Notes: generated by a model not told the origin, from the sequence alone. A DNA stretch of 38,690 nt from a virus (IMGVR_UViG_3300030330_005710:1-38690), one strand, 5' to 3'; shown: positions 9,955 through 19,783, numbered from the stretch's first letter. Translations and numbers: made by a program.

Positions 9955-10836
9955 TTATTTTAATATTTTTTGTTCTTCAACTCTATCTTGCTCCGGCTTG
10001 TCGGCAGGACTAATAGCTTCAGTAGCCAGTTGAACAATATTCCCAAATGGATCCTCGCTTGAGAGCGCTGTATTGATAGAGTTTCGTAATTCTGCAATTT
10101 GCCTAAGAGCATCTGGGCTTATTTCGTGAATCACCTCGTGGTTATGACGTCGTGAAGAGTATGGGAAAGACATGCCAGTTTTTGGCGATTCTTTATTAGA
10201 GCTATCTTTCCTAAAAACAAAAATCTCTTTTCCTTCTTCTGTGCTGCCTACATTTTCCCAACCTAAGGAATGTTCGTGAACAACAGCTAGCTCCATATTC
10301 AAACGAACCGTTTTTGGATAATAATTAATACCGCTACCCACAGGCACGCCTGGTCCGGACTCTAACATAAAAACGCCCTCCTCTAAGGCTGGGTCCATTG
10401 TTATACCTCTCACCCACCCAAGTAAACCCTGTCCGTTGGCGGCGTTACATACTAAGTTACCAAACTTAACACTCCACAAAGGTGATTGATTCATCATTGT
10501 TGCCCCCACTGCATTGCTATAAGTTGGGTACAAAAAAGTTATCAACCTCTTTATCTTATCTAAGTTGTCCCTAGCCATCACAGTATCAGAAGCGGGTACT
10601 CTCCAGATAAGAGACAAGTTTCTTCTTGTTCTTTCAAAAGTACTAACAGGGTCCATTCTACCAAATACTGATTCTGCTGCCCAGTCACAATTATAAGAGT
10701 CACTCATTTGTTCTATGAAAGCTGAGAACGCCACAGAATAATCTGTCGGTAAATGAGTTATCTCTAACCTATGCCCTTTATTGTAAAGATTTTGTTCGCC
10801 GGGCAAACCAGTTTTCATAAAATAATTTTTGTTCAT
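9955..10836 (-). CDS. Tail tube initiator / baseplate-tube junction-like protein (paralog 2)
   Basis: FSAFIEQMSDSY..W..ESVFGRMDP..F.RTRRNLSLIW; similar to the adjacent 360-aa protein; downstream of TMP. Confidence 0.55.
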   Translation of the reverse strand: MNKNYFMKTGLPGEQNLYNKGHRLEITHLPTDYSVAFSAFIEQMSDSYNCDWAAESVFGRMDPVSTFERTRRNLSLIWRVPASDTVMARDNLDKIKRLITFLYPTYSNAVGATMMNQSPLWSVKFGNLVCNAANGQGLLGWVRGITMDPALEEGVFMLESGPGVPVGSGINYYPKTVRLNMELAVVHEHSLGWENVGSTEEGKEIFVFRKDSSNKESPKTGMSFPYSSRRHNHEVIHEISPDALRQIAELRNSINTALSSEDPFGNIVQLATEAISPADKPEQDRVEEQKILK

Positions 10837-10837
10837 A

Positions 10838-11920
10838 TTAGTTATGACTCCTTCTATCTTCAGCGTTATTCATTATATCTATAGCTTGCGATAAACCAAC
10901 AGGGTTTTCTTTTTCATAAAACTCAACATTTGGTCCCACTGGTCTTAGTTGTAATTCTGGTCCGGTGATGGTAGCCACTATTTTTTTCTCCCACCAAAGT
11001 GCTCTCTCGCCGTTTGCGTCAAAAAGTATCTTTGACGGATCATTTGGGTCATTGCCTGGATTACCATTTACGCTTTGGAGAACTTGATCTACAGTCAGAT
11101 CTGTTTCGTCAATTGGATCTTGACTTTTTCTTGGTGTTGAGAGCGCTGTTCCAATGCCTCTCCCAGCATGTTGGATATGGTATTCGAGTGGAAGAACATC
11201 TGTCTTGTAAGGGAATGACTTACCTTCTGTTGATCTACCCATTTTACCTCTGAAAATATATTGTCCCTCTGAATTTTTTCGCCAGCCAACAGAGTGTTCA
11301 TGAAGGACTGTCATTTCAAAATTTAACCTATATGTTTTTGGGAAATAATTTACGCCTTGAGAGGTTGGGTTAATACCGCCCCTAGGTTGAGCAAAGGTTG
11401 ATTCCCCTGGGATGGTGTCTCCTTCTAGCATGAAAACCCCTTCTTCAAAAATTGGATCTACAGTAATTCCGTTAATCCATCCCAACAATGGACCGCCATC
11501 CAAAGGATTACAAATCAAATTATTAAATTTTATTTTTAAATATGGCCCCATTCTTATAAATCTAGTCTGAGTTCTGCCAGATTTACCGTATAGAGGATAT
11601 AAAAAAGATACTATTTTATTCATTTTATCTAGATTGTCTTTTGCTTGCTGGAAACTGGTCGCTGGGATACGCCAGGCGACAGATATGTTTCTCCTGGTCA
11701 TTCGAAAATTACCTATTGGGTCCATTCGCCCATACGATTCATCCTCAGACCACTCTGAAGTATAAGCGTCACTAAAATCATCTAAGAATGCCGAGAAGGC
11801 TACCGAGTAATCTGTGGCTAAATGTGTTATTTCTAGCCTGTGACCCCTATTGAATAAATCGGTTTCTCCAACTACAGATCCTTGCCCTGGCATAAAAAAT
11901 GTTTTATTTAATTTATCCAT
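10838..11920 (-). CDS. Tail tube initiator / baseplate-tube junction-like protein (paralog 1)
   Basis: FSAFLDDFSDAY..W....YGRMDPIGNFRMTRRNISVAW; directly after TMP. Confidence 0.55.
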   Translation of the reverse strand: MDKLNKTFFMPGQGSVVGETDLFNRGHRLEITHLATDYSVAFSAFLDDFSDAYTSEWSEDESYGRMDPIGNFRMTRRNISVAWRIPATSFQQAKDNLDKMNKIVSFLYPLYGKSGRTQTRFIRMGPYLKIKFNNLICNPLDGGPLLGWINGITVDPIFEEGVFMLEGDTIPGESTFAQPRGGINPTSQGVNYFPKTYRLNFEMTVLHEHSVGWRKNSEGQYIFRGKMGRSTEGKSFPYKTDVLPLEYHIQHAGRGIGTALSTPRKSQDPIDETDLTVDQVLQSVNGNPGNDPNDPSKILFDANGERALWWEKKIVATITGPELQLRPVGPNVEFYEKENPVGLSQAIDIMNNAEDRRSHN

Positions 11921-11941
11921 GTTGATGTTTCCGTTTTATAA

Positions 11942-14518
11942 TTATCGTACACTAGATTGGGTGTCAACTCGTCGTGGCGGATTAGTTCCACGAACCTGTC
12001 TTCCTCTAGTAACATCCAGATCGGCATTAAGGACATCTGTGGTACTAGATTGTAACTGGTCATTAATATAAATATTATTTGTCAAGGGTATGGTAGCTGT
12101 ATTACTAGGTCGTCGTTGAACTGGGGTTTGATTAATGCCCATTGACCTATTGTATGCATCAGCCAGTTTATGGGGTTGCTCTTTCTGGACTTGAAGCGCT
12201 GCTCTTTTTCTTTCTCTCTCTTCTCTTTCGGCTACCTCGTTTCCGGCAACCGAATCAAAGGCCATTTCTGCGCCTTGTTCGAACAAAAACCCGCCAAGTA
12301 TAGCGCCGCCAAGAGCCATGGCGGGAACCGTAATTGCAGCAAAAGGTCCGCCAGCCAATCCCAGCTTTGCACCAGCGATCGCCATGCCGGTTGCCCCCAA
12401 AGCGCCGCCGCCAAGACTAGCTGCTGCGCCGACGCCCTCTCGGGCAGCGGCCTTAGTTGGGTCCATCCCTCTTGCGATCATATCCCTTCTATCCATCTCG
12501 AACCCAACCGCCTCACCGATAATCGGTATCGCCCTTTTGCCAACATTTTTGGCTGTGTGCTTTATCAATCTTCTGCCGGCATTAGAAGCAGTCACTCCGC
12601 CACCTTGGGATATATTGAGCGCCCTAGCTTGCCTGAACTGATTAAACCCGCTCGTCGGGGATTGAGCTTCTTGCAGCATTGTTAATTGTTTGGGGGTCAG
12701 ATCCATCAGTATATTAGGATCCATACGAGCAAGCCTTCGAAGTTGAGCAACCTCTCTCGCCTTTTTAACATTATCAACGTCCATGGCTTTTGCAAAATCA
12801 CTAGCTGTCATAAATTTTTTAAAGGGGTCCATCGTGGAGGTTCCTAACTCAAGAGCCTCTCCTGCTGCCAGCGCAAGAGTGCCTGGACCTCTTGGTATAA
12901 TTGAACCATCGGGGCGAAGGCGGTCCTCTGCGGCAGCCTCCAGAATTTCTCTTTGCTTTTCTTCGCTTAGTGTTTCTCCCCCTGGTGCAGCTTTATTGGC
13001 TGCCTTCTCAACCGCTTCTCGTAATTGATCTTCCGGTAAATTAGCTGGTCCAGGCTCGGCTGGGAGCCTCATAGGGACATTCCCTTGTCCCATCGGCATT
13101 GATGTAGAGCCGGGAGCACCAGCGAGTGGGAAGCCTGGAGCGCCAGCGAGTGGGAACCGTGACGCATTGGGGGTTCCTGGCGCACCAGGGACTGCCGGCA
13201 GGGTACCGGGACCTGTGGGTGCTTTGTTAAATTGATAAAGTGCCTGTCCTGTTCCTGTAGCAACATCAAATATGGCTCGGTAATCTCTAGGTACAAAGGT
13301 CAGCCCAAACTGTCTAGTCATTTCTGTGGAAATGAATGTGGTGGCACCTGCAAGACTCTTAAAAGAGTCCAATACACCGCCGATAGCTTGATTTACATTT
13401 GCCTCCATGCCTGGGATTTTCATCGACCCCATGTTTCTTATCTGTCCTTCAAAAGCCGCCTCGCCTTTTTCTGCTATCTTTGTCTGCTCGACTGCCGCAT
13501 TCTCTATGGTAGTGATAGCGTCTTTAAAAAGAGGCATTTCCTCAAAATATTTTCTAGTAGATAAAATATCTGCACCGAAACCTAGTGTTTCGCCCATAAT
13601 TTGTTTTTGGCGGCGATCTAGATTGTCAAAAGCACCATATAGCTCGTGAAATCTCTGCACGATTATCGTTCTTCTTTCAGCGTCGTCTGCTTGCATTAGT
13701 GCAATTGAATCAAGACCTAGCCCAAACTGGGCGTTTAACATTCCTGCCTTTTCTATGGCTCCCTCAAAAGTATCGAACTGATCTGCTACATCAAATATCT
13801 GCTTCATCTCTAGTCCGGTCTTACGGGCATGTTTAGCCAAGTCTCCCATGACTCTCTCTGAGCTTTCTCCAAACTTAACTATCATTGGTCCGATTTCGGC
13901 AATGTCCTTCATCATTTGAGCAGGACCACCTTTAAATCTTATCTCTCTTGCCAAATTAATAAGGTTCTTAACGCTGCTTTGAGCAGCACGCTCGGTGGAA
14001 AACATGCCACGAGAAAATACTTCTAAACTTTTTCCGGTATCCTCAGCAGCAGCACCGAGATTTTCCATGAGAAAAGTCAGCCTCATTGTTGCTGCCTGTT
14101 GTTGTGCGGTCTGTTGATACAAGAGGCTAAAGTTCTTATCTAGGGCGGTCATCGCTTTGGCGGTCCTGTCAAAGGTAACACCAAGCTCTCTATTCATATC
14201 AGTTAGAGCTTCTATTTCTAACCCTAATTTAGTAAAGAGTCCAGTCGCACGACCAACATCAACCTGAAGGTCATCCAGTTTAATCTCTAGCTTAATAAAC
14301 TCTTCAGTTAGGTCTGATATGTTTCTTGGAAGCTGAACTCCAAGACCCTGCTGGAGACCTCTTATTATGCCGGCAATTGGGTTCATATTGTCCGCTATCT
14401 GCTCGGCGTAGGATTGAGAATTGCCAACCAGATCGGCGAAAAGTTCGGCGATCCCCTCGGTGGCAACTTGCCGACCTAGGTCTCTGATGCCCATGCCTGG
14501 AATCCGGCTCCTAGACAT
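11942..14518 (-). CDS. Tail tape measure protein
   Basis: 858 aa, Ala/Gly-rich and helical-looking, Gly-rich hydrophobic C-terminal segments; lies between tube/chaperone and baseplate genes. Confidence 0.75.
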   Translation of the reverse strand: MSRSRIPGMGIRDLGRQVATEGIAELFADLVGNSQSYAEQIADNMNPIAGIIRGLQQGLGVQLPRNISDLTEEFIKLEIKLDDLQVDVGRATGLFTKLGLEIEALTDMNRELGVTFDRTAKAMTALDKNFSLLYQQTAQQQAATMRLTFLMENLGAAAEDTGKSLEVFSRGMFSTERAAQSSVKNLINLAREIRFKGGPAQMMKDIAEIGPMIVKFGESSERVMGDLAKHARKTGLEMKQIFDVADQFDTFEGAIEKAGMLNAQFGLGLDSIALMQADDAERRTIIVQRFHELYGAFDNLDRRQKQIMGETLGFGADILSTRKYFEEMPLFKDAITTIENAAVEQTKIAEKGEAAFEGQIRNMGSMKIPGMEANVNQAIGGVLDSFKSLAGATTFISTEMTRQFGLTFVPRDYRAIFDVATGTGQALYQFNKAPTGPGTLPAVPGAPGTPNASRFPLAGAPGFPLAGAPGSTSMPMGQGNVPMRLPAEPGPANLPEDQLREAVEKAANKAAPGGETLSEEKQREILEAAAEDRLRPDGSIIPRGPGTLALAAGEALELGTSTMDPFKKFMTASDFAKAMDVDNVKKAREVAQLRRLARMDPNILMDLTPKQLTMLQEAQSPTSGFNQFRQARALNISQGGGVTASNAGRRLIKHTAKNVGKRAIPIIGEAVGFEMDRRDMIARGMDPTKAAAREGVGAAASLGGGALGATGMAIAGAKLGLAGGPFAAITVPAMALGGAILGGFLFEQGAEMAFDSVAGNEVAEREERERKRAALQVQKEQPHKLADAYNRSMGINQTPVQRRPSNTATIPLTNNIYINDQLQSSTTDVLNADLDVTRGRQVRGTNPPRRVDTQSSVR
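13113..13156. repeat. Tandem repeat with 24-bp period encoding FPLAGAPG x2 in TMP
   Basis: ggagcaccagcgagtgggaa at 13113-13132 and ggagcgccagcgagtgggaa at 13137-13156. Confidence 0.9.
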
Positions 14519-14542
14519 CGTTCGCAGATCCTATTTTCAAGA

Positions 14543-14884
14543 TTAGTTTTTGATAGGCCAATTTATTCTTGCCTCACGCTCAAACTTCTTAATTGCAACG
14601 TCCAGTTTTGCTTTTTGCTTATAGGTCATAGGATCATCAAGTCCATACTTCTTGATGTAATCCATGTATCTTTTTTCGTTTACTAAGGCATCAGTGAAGC
14701 GCTCAACTTCTATCCGGTTACCCCGAACACGAACCGGCACTCTCCTACCCTTAAACATTTTTGACAACAAATACTCAATCCATGCCGCAAAAACATGGAG
14801 AATATTTTCGTTTAAAGTATTCTTGACCTCGTTTAGATCAAGAACCTCATTTTCAAAATCAATTTCATCTTTCACAAAGGGCAC
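14543..14884 (-). CDS. Hypothetical protein between chaperone and TMP
   Basis: 113-aa ORF with GTG start, preceded by ACTATTTA. Confidence 0.75.
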   Translation of the reverse strand: MPFVKDEIDFENEVLDLNEVKNTLNENILHVFAAWIEYLLSKMFKGRRVPVRVRGNRIEVERFTDALVNEKRYMDYIKKYGLDDPMTYKQKAKLDVAIKKFEREARINWPIKN

Positions 14885-14897
14885 CTCACAGCTTAAA

Positions 14898-14905
14898 TAA
14901 ATAGT
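14898..14905 (-). promoter_or_regulatory. ACTATTTA motif (candidate late promoter)
   Basis: Exact 8-mer recurring in intergenic gaps upstream of structural genes. Confidence 0.55.
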
Positions 14906-14918
14906 CTGCTAAAGGGTT

Positions 14919-15098
14919 TTATGATAAAGTGCCCGTCCTCATTTCGGCTTCTTTTATTTTTTCTCTGGAAAATCTTGTTATAAACCATCTTCTGATTACA
15001 ACCGGCAGATTATAACATTCTCGAAAAGACCACCCTCCATAATAAATTAATTGGAAAATCTCTTCGTAAATATATTCTTTATTATCTTCACTCAGGCC
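14919..15098 (-). CDS. Start-less 59-aa ORF, gp51-like/tail chaperone extension, probably expressed by frameshift from the upstream gene
   Basis: GLSEDNKEYIYEEIFQLIYYGGWSFRECYNLPVVIRRWFITRFSREKIKEAEMRTGTLS*; in-frame TAA just upstream of the U7 run and no ATG/GTG/TTG until codon 53. Confidence 0.65.
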   Translation of the reverse strand, partial: GLSEDNKEYIYEEIFQLIYYGGWSFRECYNLPVVIRRWFITRFSREKIKEAEMRTGTLS

Positions 15099-15972
15099 AA
15101 AAAAAGTTTACACCAAGCGGAACCTCCATGTCCGCCTCGTATCCGCATCTAGAACACTGGTATTCTTGAGTTAAGTCAATATTAGGTGCAATGTTGAGAT
15201 ATAAATCTCTTAAAAATTTTGAGTCTCTCGCTGGCATCTCTGTAACAAAATTTGCGATAGCAAACGGAGAATCAATACCGTTTACCGAAACTATAAAAGC
15301 CCTTAGTTGATCTGTCAAAAGACTAGACTCAAGATTCTTTTTGTTTTTCTTATTAGCTTTTTCTGTTAACCTCTTATCGTCATGTCCGTTAAGAAGTCTA
15401 ATTTCAACATCCACTCCTGTAAGCGGAAGTTTTACCATCACTGTGTTCTTGGGTGTGAATTCACATCCAAGTTCCTCTAGCTTTGCTTCAAAGTCCCAGT
15501 TTTCTATTTTTTCTAGGTTAAATTCAAAATCAGTATCTTCCTTACATTTAGGACAAGTTACTTTTGCCTTGTATTCTTCCCCGTATCCTGTTATTCGAGT
15601 ACCAACCATGATGGCATTTTTATCACCAAGTAGTAAACTATCTAGTTCTATATCCTTGTCAATCAAAACACTCTCAATAACTCTATCAATAGCGATACCT
15701 TTCCTAAGGAGCGGCTGCGAAGTTAGAAAATCCTCCTCCTTCGCTGTCATGTATTTAATCTCTACAGTATCTTTATTAAAAAGAGGGTGAGTAGGCGGAT
15801 AAAACATGCCTTTGCTGGGTAAATCTACAAAGTATGTAGGATTAGTCCAGTTAAACCCTGAACTATCTGGGGGTGGTTGAGTGGGGTAAGTCACAGGAGT
15901 TACAGGAGGTGGCTCCTCTTGTTCAAGAACATCCTCCCCAGATGGACTTACTCTTCCTTTATTTCTACTCAT
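15088..15972 (-). CDS. T4 gp26-like baseplate hub assembly / tail assembly chaperone
   Basis: VDLPSKG.FYP, IKYMTAKEEDFL, RITGYGEEY...CPKC and C-terminal CSRC, ends NFFWPE; follows the tail tube gene. Confidence 0.75.
   Translation of the reverse strand: MSRNKGRVSPSGEDVLEQEEPPPVTPVTYPTQPPPDSSGFNWTNPTYFVDLPSKGMFYPPTHPLFNKDTVEIKYMTAKEEDFLTSQPLLRKGIAIDRVIESVLIDKDIELDSLLLGDKNAIMVGTRITGYGEEYKAKVTCPKCKEDTDFEFNLEKIENWDFEAKLEELGCEFTPKNTVMVKLPLTGVDVEIRLLNGHDDKRLTEKANKKNKKNLESSLLTDQLRAFIVSVNGIDSPFAIANFVTEMPARDSKFLRDLYLNIAPNIDLTQEYQCSRCGYEADMEVPLGVNFFWPE
15099..15105 (-). other. Putative slippery site (U7) for +1/-2 programmed frameshift
   Basis: AAC TTT TTT TGG CCT GAG TGA in frame 0; the +1 frame reads TTT TTT GGC into the open 59-codon ORF; the -1 frame stops at once. 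Confidence 0.6.
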
Positions 15973-16034
15973 TTATACAACCTTTCTAAATAACTTAAAT
16001 ATATTCTATCAGATAAAATTTAATTGGTTAATCT

Positions 16035-16565
16035 TTATCTCGCTAATCTTCCGGGACCTGGTGCAAGTTCTGCCCAGTCGTACGCAATTTCAACAGATAT
16101 TTCATTCATTTCATCAGCAGCGTAATCTAAGTTACCACCAAAATCTATGTTAACAATAAATGGATTTGTTAACTTCCATTTTTCTATTTCTCTGCCTTCA
16201 GCATCAATTTGAGCTATAGCGACTCCGCCAAGACCCTGAACTCCAGCAGCGTCCTTCTTATTAATTGTGCCTCTAACACGGTCAGAAGTCGGATAATCAT
16301 AACCCGATTTACGAAGTTTGTCCAAAAATGTAAAAGCTAAATCTGGATCCACAGGATCAACAAGAGTCATTGTAATATTATTCCAAGTAACTCTCCCTGG
16401 GTACTTAAAAGTGTGATTAAGGAACTGGTGTTCTACCGTACCAACTGTCACTGCTGGCTTAGTTACTGTTTTAATAGTCCAAATCGGAATATTTCCGGCG
16501 GTAAGTATAAATCTAAAACGGCGCTTTGGGTCGGTATTTACATTACTCCAAAAAAGATCAGGCAT
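16035..16565 (-). CDS. Tail tube protein, T4 gp19-like
   Basis: PKRRFRF, KYPGRVTWNNITMTLVDP, IEKWKL.NPF, LDY...EISVEIAYDWA; directly after sheath. Confidence 0.9.
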   Translation of the reverse strand: MPDLFWSNVNTDPKRRFRFILTAGNIPIWTIKTVTKPAVTVGTVEHQFLNHTFKYPGRVTWNNITMTLVDPVDPDLAFTFLDKLRKSGYDYPTSDRVRGTINKKDAAGVQGLGGVAIAQIDAEGREIEKWKLTNPFIVNIDFGGNLDYAADEMNEISVEIAYDWAELAPGPGRLAR

Positions 16566-16598
16566 GATTTAATTTCTCCTCTAAAGAAATCCTATATC

Positions 16599-16606
16599 TA
16601 AATAGT
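16599..16606 (-). promoter_or_regulatory. ACTATTTA motif upstream of tail tube
   Basis: Exact 8-mer 33 nt upstream of the ATG. Confidence 0.6.
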
Positions 16607-16621
16607 TCTTTAATAACTTTT

Positions 16622-19600
16622 TTAGTCTTCAAAAGAAGCACCGCTGTTTGTAATAACAAAGTCAATTGCAAAGAATTCTGCTGAGCGAGTTGGCTTGACA
16701 ATCAACTTAGAGTAAATGATGTTTCTATCGACCAAATCTGGAGTTGTTGTTGTATCGTCCAGAATAAGGCGGAAGTCGTCAATACCAAACTGAGATTTGA
16801 CTCCTTCCAAGACCGGGGTAGCTTGTTGCAAGAATCGATTCCAAGTGTCTTGGTTATTCTGTGCGAAAAGCAACCTAGAAGCGATGAAAGAAATTTCTCT
16901 CTTAAGGAATACCAACAGTCTTCTAACATTAATTCTATCAAGTGCTGATCGTGTCTGTTGTAAAGTCTTTTGTCCAAAGATCACAATACCCTCAGCAGGG
17001 AACTTGGCGATTGGATTAATGCCAGCTTCATAAAGATCATCTCTGTCATCAGAAGTAAGTCTTTTGGTGACATCTAAGACGGGTAGACCGCCGGCTCCTT
17101 CAGACAATCCACCCCTAGTGAAGCCCGCCGGTGCAAACCAGGGCGCCGCTATTCGATCATTGGAAGAAAGAGCGCCGAAAGCAACAACCGAAGGAGGTAC
17201 CCACAGAAGTCTATTTGAGATAGTGTCTTGGATCTGTACCCATGGAGCGTACGCAGCACCGTAGCTATTATTAATATTTCTAGCTTTGAGTGCGTCTGTT
17301 GCTTGCTTAATTGTAAAGCTATTTCTGGCTGAGGCACCTTCTGTACTCTCGGTATCCGGAGTGTAGATATTCTCAAGATCGATAATAGCTAAAGCATCGC
17401 CACGCTCCTCGGTTTTTTCCAAAAGATAGTTAGTTGCATCTTGTTGCGTAATTCCAGGCATCGTTACAACATTAAACTGAAATTGGTCAACATCAGATAT
17501 AATATTGACTGCTCTCTTGATTGAGTGCAACTTAGAACTATCTACTTCTGCCGTTCCAGCAGCCGTAGCATTGTTTCTAAAAGGATCTCTCTCTGTAATA
17601 TCGGTCCCATCAAAACCCCCATGAAGTAAGGTGGTGAATCTATCAATCCCTTTGTTGAGCGATCCTGTATATCCGCCAGAGAGTGCCGATATGCTCGCTT
17701 GGAACTGACGACTGCCGGACATGTAAACATATCCCCCGCCAAGACCGAGAGATGCGGAATGCTCCATCACATCATCAAGTGTAAACACCCAGCTATGCTG
17801 CAAGGGGTCTGTTGATTGTGAGGCAAAAGTTCCGTCCCCAAGTGAGGGAAGATTAAGACTCCCCTGACCATTACCATGCACACCTGCGCCGGTTCGACCC
17901 GCCACAAAAGCAGGAGCCACATCTCGTGGTCCAGTCGGAGCGATGACATCTTCTAAGCCATTTGCTTTTGCTGTCAAAGTATCAAGAACACCGGGATCAA
18001 AAGTTTGATCATTGAAATTAATCCCTGTCCAGGCACCCCAATAAACATTTTTCATTGGAACCCCAGGTCGTCCCCAGTTTTGATGACGGCGAAGCGGCGT
18101 GGAGGGAAACACAAAAGATCCTGTAAAAGTAACCGAATCATTGACTATAAGTTTTGAATCGCTGCCAGGTGAAAAAACCAAGAAGTTGTCTTCTGAACCA
18201 GCATAAACGGTTCTGTGATAACCGCCAGGGTCACCAAACGTTGCGTCAGAGCCACCATCAAGCATGGTAGCAAGAGCACCACGGGATGCGCTGAGTTGGA
18301 AGTTTGTGTGATATTTTCCGTATCTAGAAAGTCCCCCGGATCCACTAACGATCGTAGCGGCACGATAAGTCATAGGTCCAAAAACCCCAAATGGCAGAAA
18401 CTCTGAATTTGTTGTTCCTCTATCGACATCTTCATCCATCACAACACGAACATATTTCGACTTGTTTGTAAAGCTACCATACTCTCTATTTGTTTTTGTT
18501 GCGGTATCGTACTCAACAAATTTATCTCCAATGACTTTTGCGATATAGTTTGATGAGGCAGGGTTTAAATTAAGAGAATCATAACGCTCTAAGATTTTTT
18601 GATTTAAATCTGTATCATGAATCTTTCTAATAACCAAAGAAAACGAACCGTATTTTTCAAATTCACCCTCAGGGGCTTTAATATTTTCAATAGTAATCTT
18701 AACTTTTCTTTGCGGTGACTGCCCACCGGTCCTAGCTTCAATTCTAAAAAGTTTTTGCTGTGATTGAGCTTGGAAAGTAGCGTCAGCGCCCACATTTAAA
18801 TTCTGTGCAATAAACCAACCAGTTGAGGCTTTTTTAGATCCATAGTTGTGATCGTTTTGATCTTGTGTCGTGCTAACTTGATTTCTCATTGGAAACATAG
18901 CCAGGTGATGCCTCGTTCCAAATATATCAGTGCCAAGCACACCCATACTCCCAGAGCCAACTTGTTTAAGCTGTCTTTCAAAAGATTCGCCAAGCCAGTA
19001 GCCGCCACCCTGATTAGAGGTTCGTGTCTGCTGCGTGGTGACCGCAGAGTTCACAACCGTTGGGTTGGTATTAAGAACTTTTCTAATAAAGTTTCTATCA
19101 TCTGGGTTTAACGAGACAACCGAACTATAAGAGTTTAAAGGGTCCGTTCCATTCGGTGCAAAGGCTAGGTGGAACCTGCCCTTGTCATCGGTTTCTATAA
19201 GCGTCGAAAGGCTTCCTGTGCCCAGACGAGTTGCGATGGCTGTCGGTCCAGCAAAGTTACCACTAAGGACAACTCGCCCTTCATTAGCATAAAAAATAGC
19301 TGCAACAGCACCCGATACAGGAGTTCTGTACTCCTTCGCAGTTGAAGCAGCTACAGACCCACTTGGAAAAGCGACAAGAGCAAAAGCACCACCTTCGCTT
19401 GGTGTAGAACTAAGCGTTCCAGCTTTCCAGCCTGCTTGACCAGCGGCAGTTGCCTCTGGATCTTCCTCTCCAACTAACCTAAGAAAAGTCAATGGGGCGT
19501 TGTTTCTTAGCCATGCCTGTGCAGCATAAAGACCGTAAGAAGGTGCGCTAAGTTGTCCGTTTCTCCACGCATCATCCGCAGGCTGACCAGCATTTGGTTC

Positions 19601-19783
19601 ACCAAAAGTTTCTACCAAATCTGAAAAAGAATTAACTGTAACTGGCACCATCGCTGGTCCCTGCGGGGCTGTTCCTATGACCAAAGGTCCAATTGCGCCT
19701 TGTTCGGCAGGTAATTGGGAATTATCAATTTCGTCTATAAAAACGCCCGGAGATATGAACTTAAACTTTCTTTCGTCAGCCAT
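16622..19783 (-). CDS. Tail sheath protein, T4 gp18-like
   Basis: FISPGVFIDEID N-terminus, YAPWV, VPPS, WFAPAGFTRG, INPIAKFP, FGQKTLQ..SALDRINVRRLL, PTRSAEFFAIDF; ATG at 19783 with AAGGAG RBS. Confidence 0.95.
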   Translation of the reverse strand: MADERKFKFISPGVFIDEIDNSQLPAEQGAIGPLVIGTAPQGPAMVPVTVNSFSDLVETFGEPNAGQPADDAWRNGQLSAPSYGLYAAQAWLRNNAPLTFLRLVGEEDPEATAAGQAGWKAGTLSSTPSEGGAFALVAFPSGSVAASTAKEYRTPVSGAVAAIFYANEGRVVLSGNFAGPTAIATRLGTGSLSTLIETDDKGRFHLAFAPNGTDPLNSYSSVVSLNPDDRNFIRKVLNTNPTVVNSAVTTQQTRTSNQGGGYWLGESFERQLKQVGSGSMGVLGTDIFGTRHHLAMFPMRNQVSTTQDQNDHNYGSKKASTGWFIAQNLNVGADATFQAQSQQKLFRIEARTGGQSPQRKVKITIENIKAPEGEFEKYGSFSLVIRKIHDTDLNQKILERYDSLNLNPASSNYIAKVIGDKFVEYDTATKTNREYGSFTNKSKYVRVVMDEDVDRGTTNSEFLPFGVFGPMTYRAATIVSGSGGLSRYGKYHTNFQLSASRGALATMLDGGSDATFGDPGGYHRTVYAGSEDNFLVFSPGSDSKLIVNDSVTFTGSFVFPSTPLRRHQNWGRPGVPMKNVYWGAWTGINFNDQTFDPGVLDTLTAKANGLEDVIAPTGPRDVAPAFVAGRTGAGVHGNGQGSLNLPSLGDGTFASQSTDPLQHSWVFTLDDVMEHSASLGLGGGYVYMSGSRQFQASISALSGGYTGSLNKGIDRFTTLLHGGFDGTDITERDPFRNNATAAGTAEVDSSKLHSIKRAVNIISDVDQFQFNVVTMPGITQQDATNYLLEKTEERGDALAIIDLENIYTPDTESTEGASARNSFTIKQATDALKARNINNSYGAAYAPWVQIQDTISNRLLWVPPSVVAFGALSSNDRIAAPWFAPAGFTRGGLSEGAGGLPVLDVTKRLTSDDRDDLYEAGINPIAKFPAEGIVIFGQKTLQQTRSALDRINVRRLLVFLKREISFIASRLLFAQNNQDTWNRFLQQATPVLEGVKSQFGIDDFRLILDDTTTTPDLVDRNIIYSKLIVKPTRSAEFFAIDFVITNSGASFED

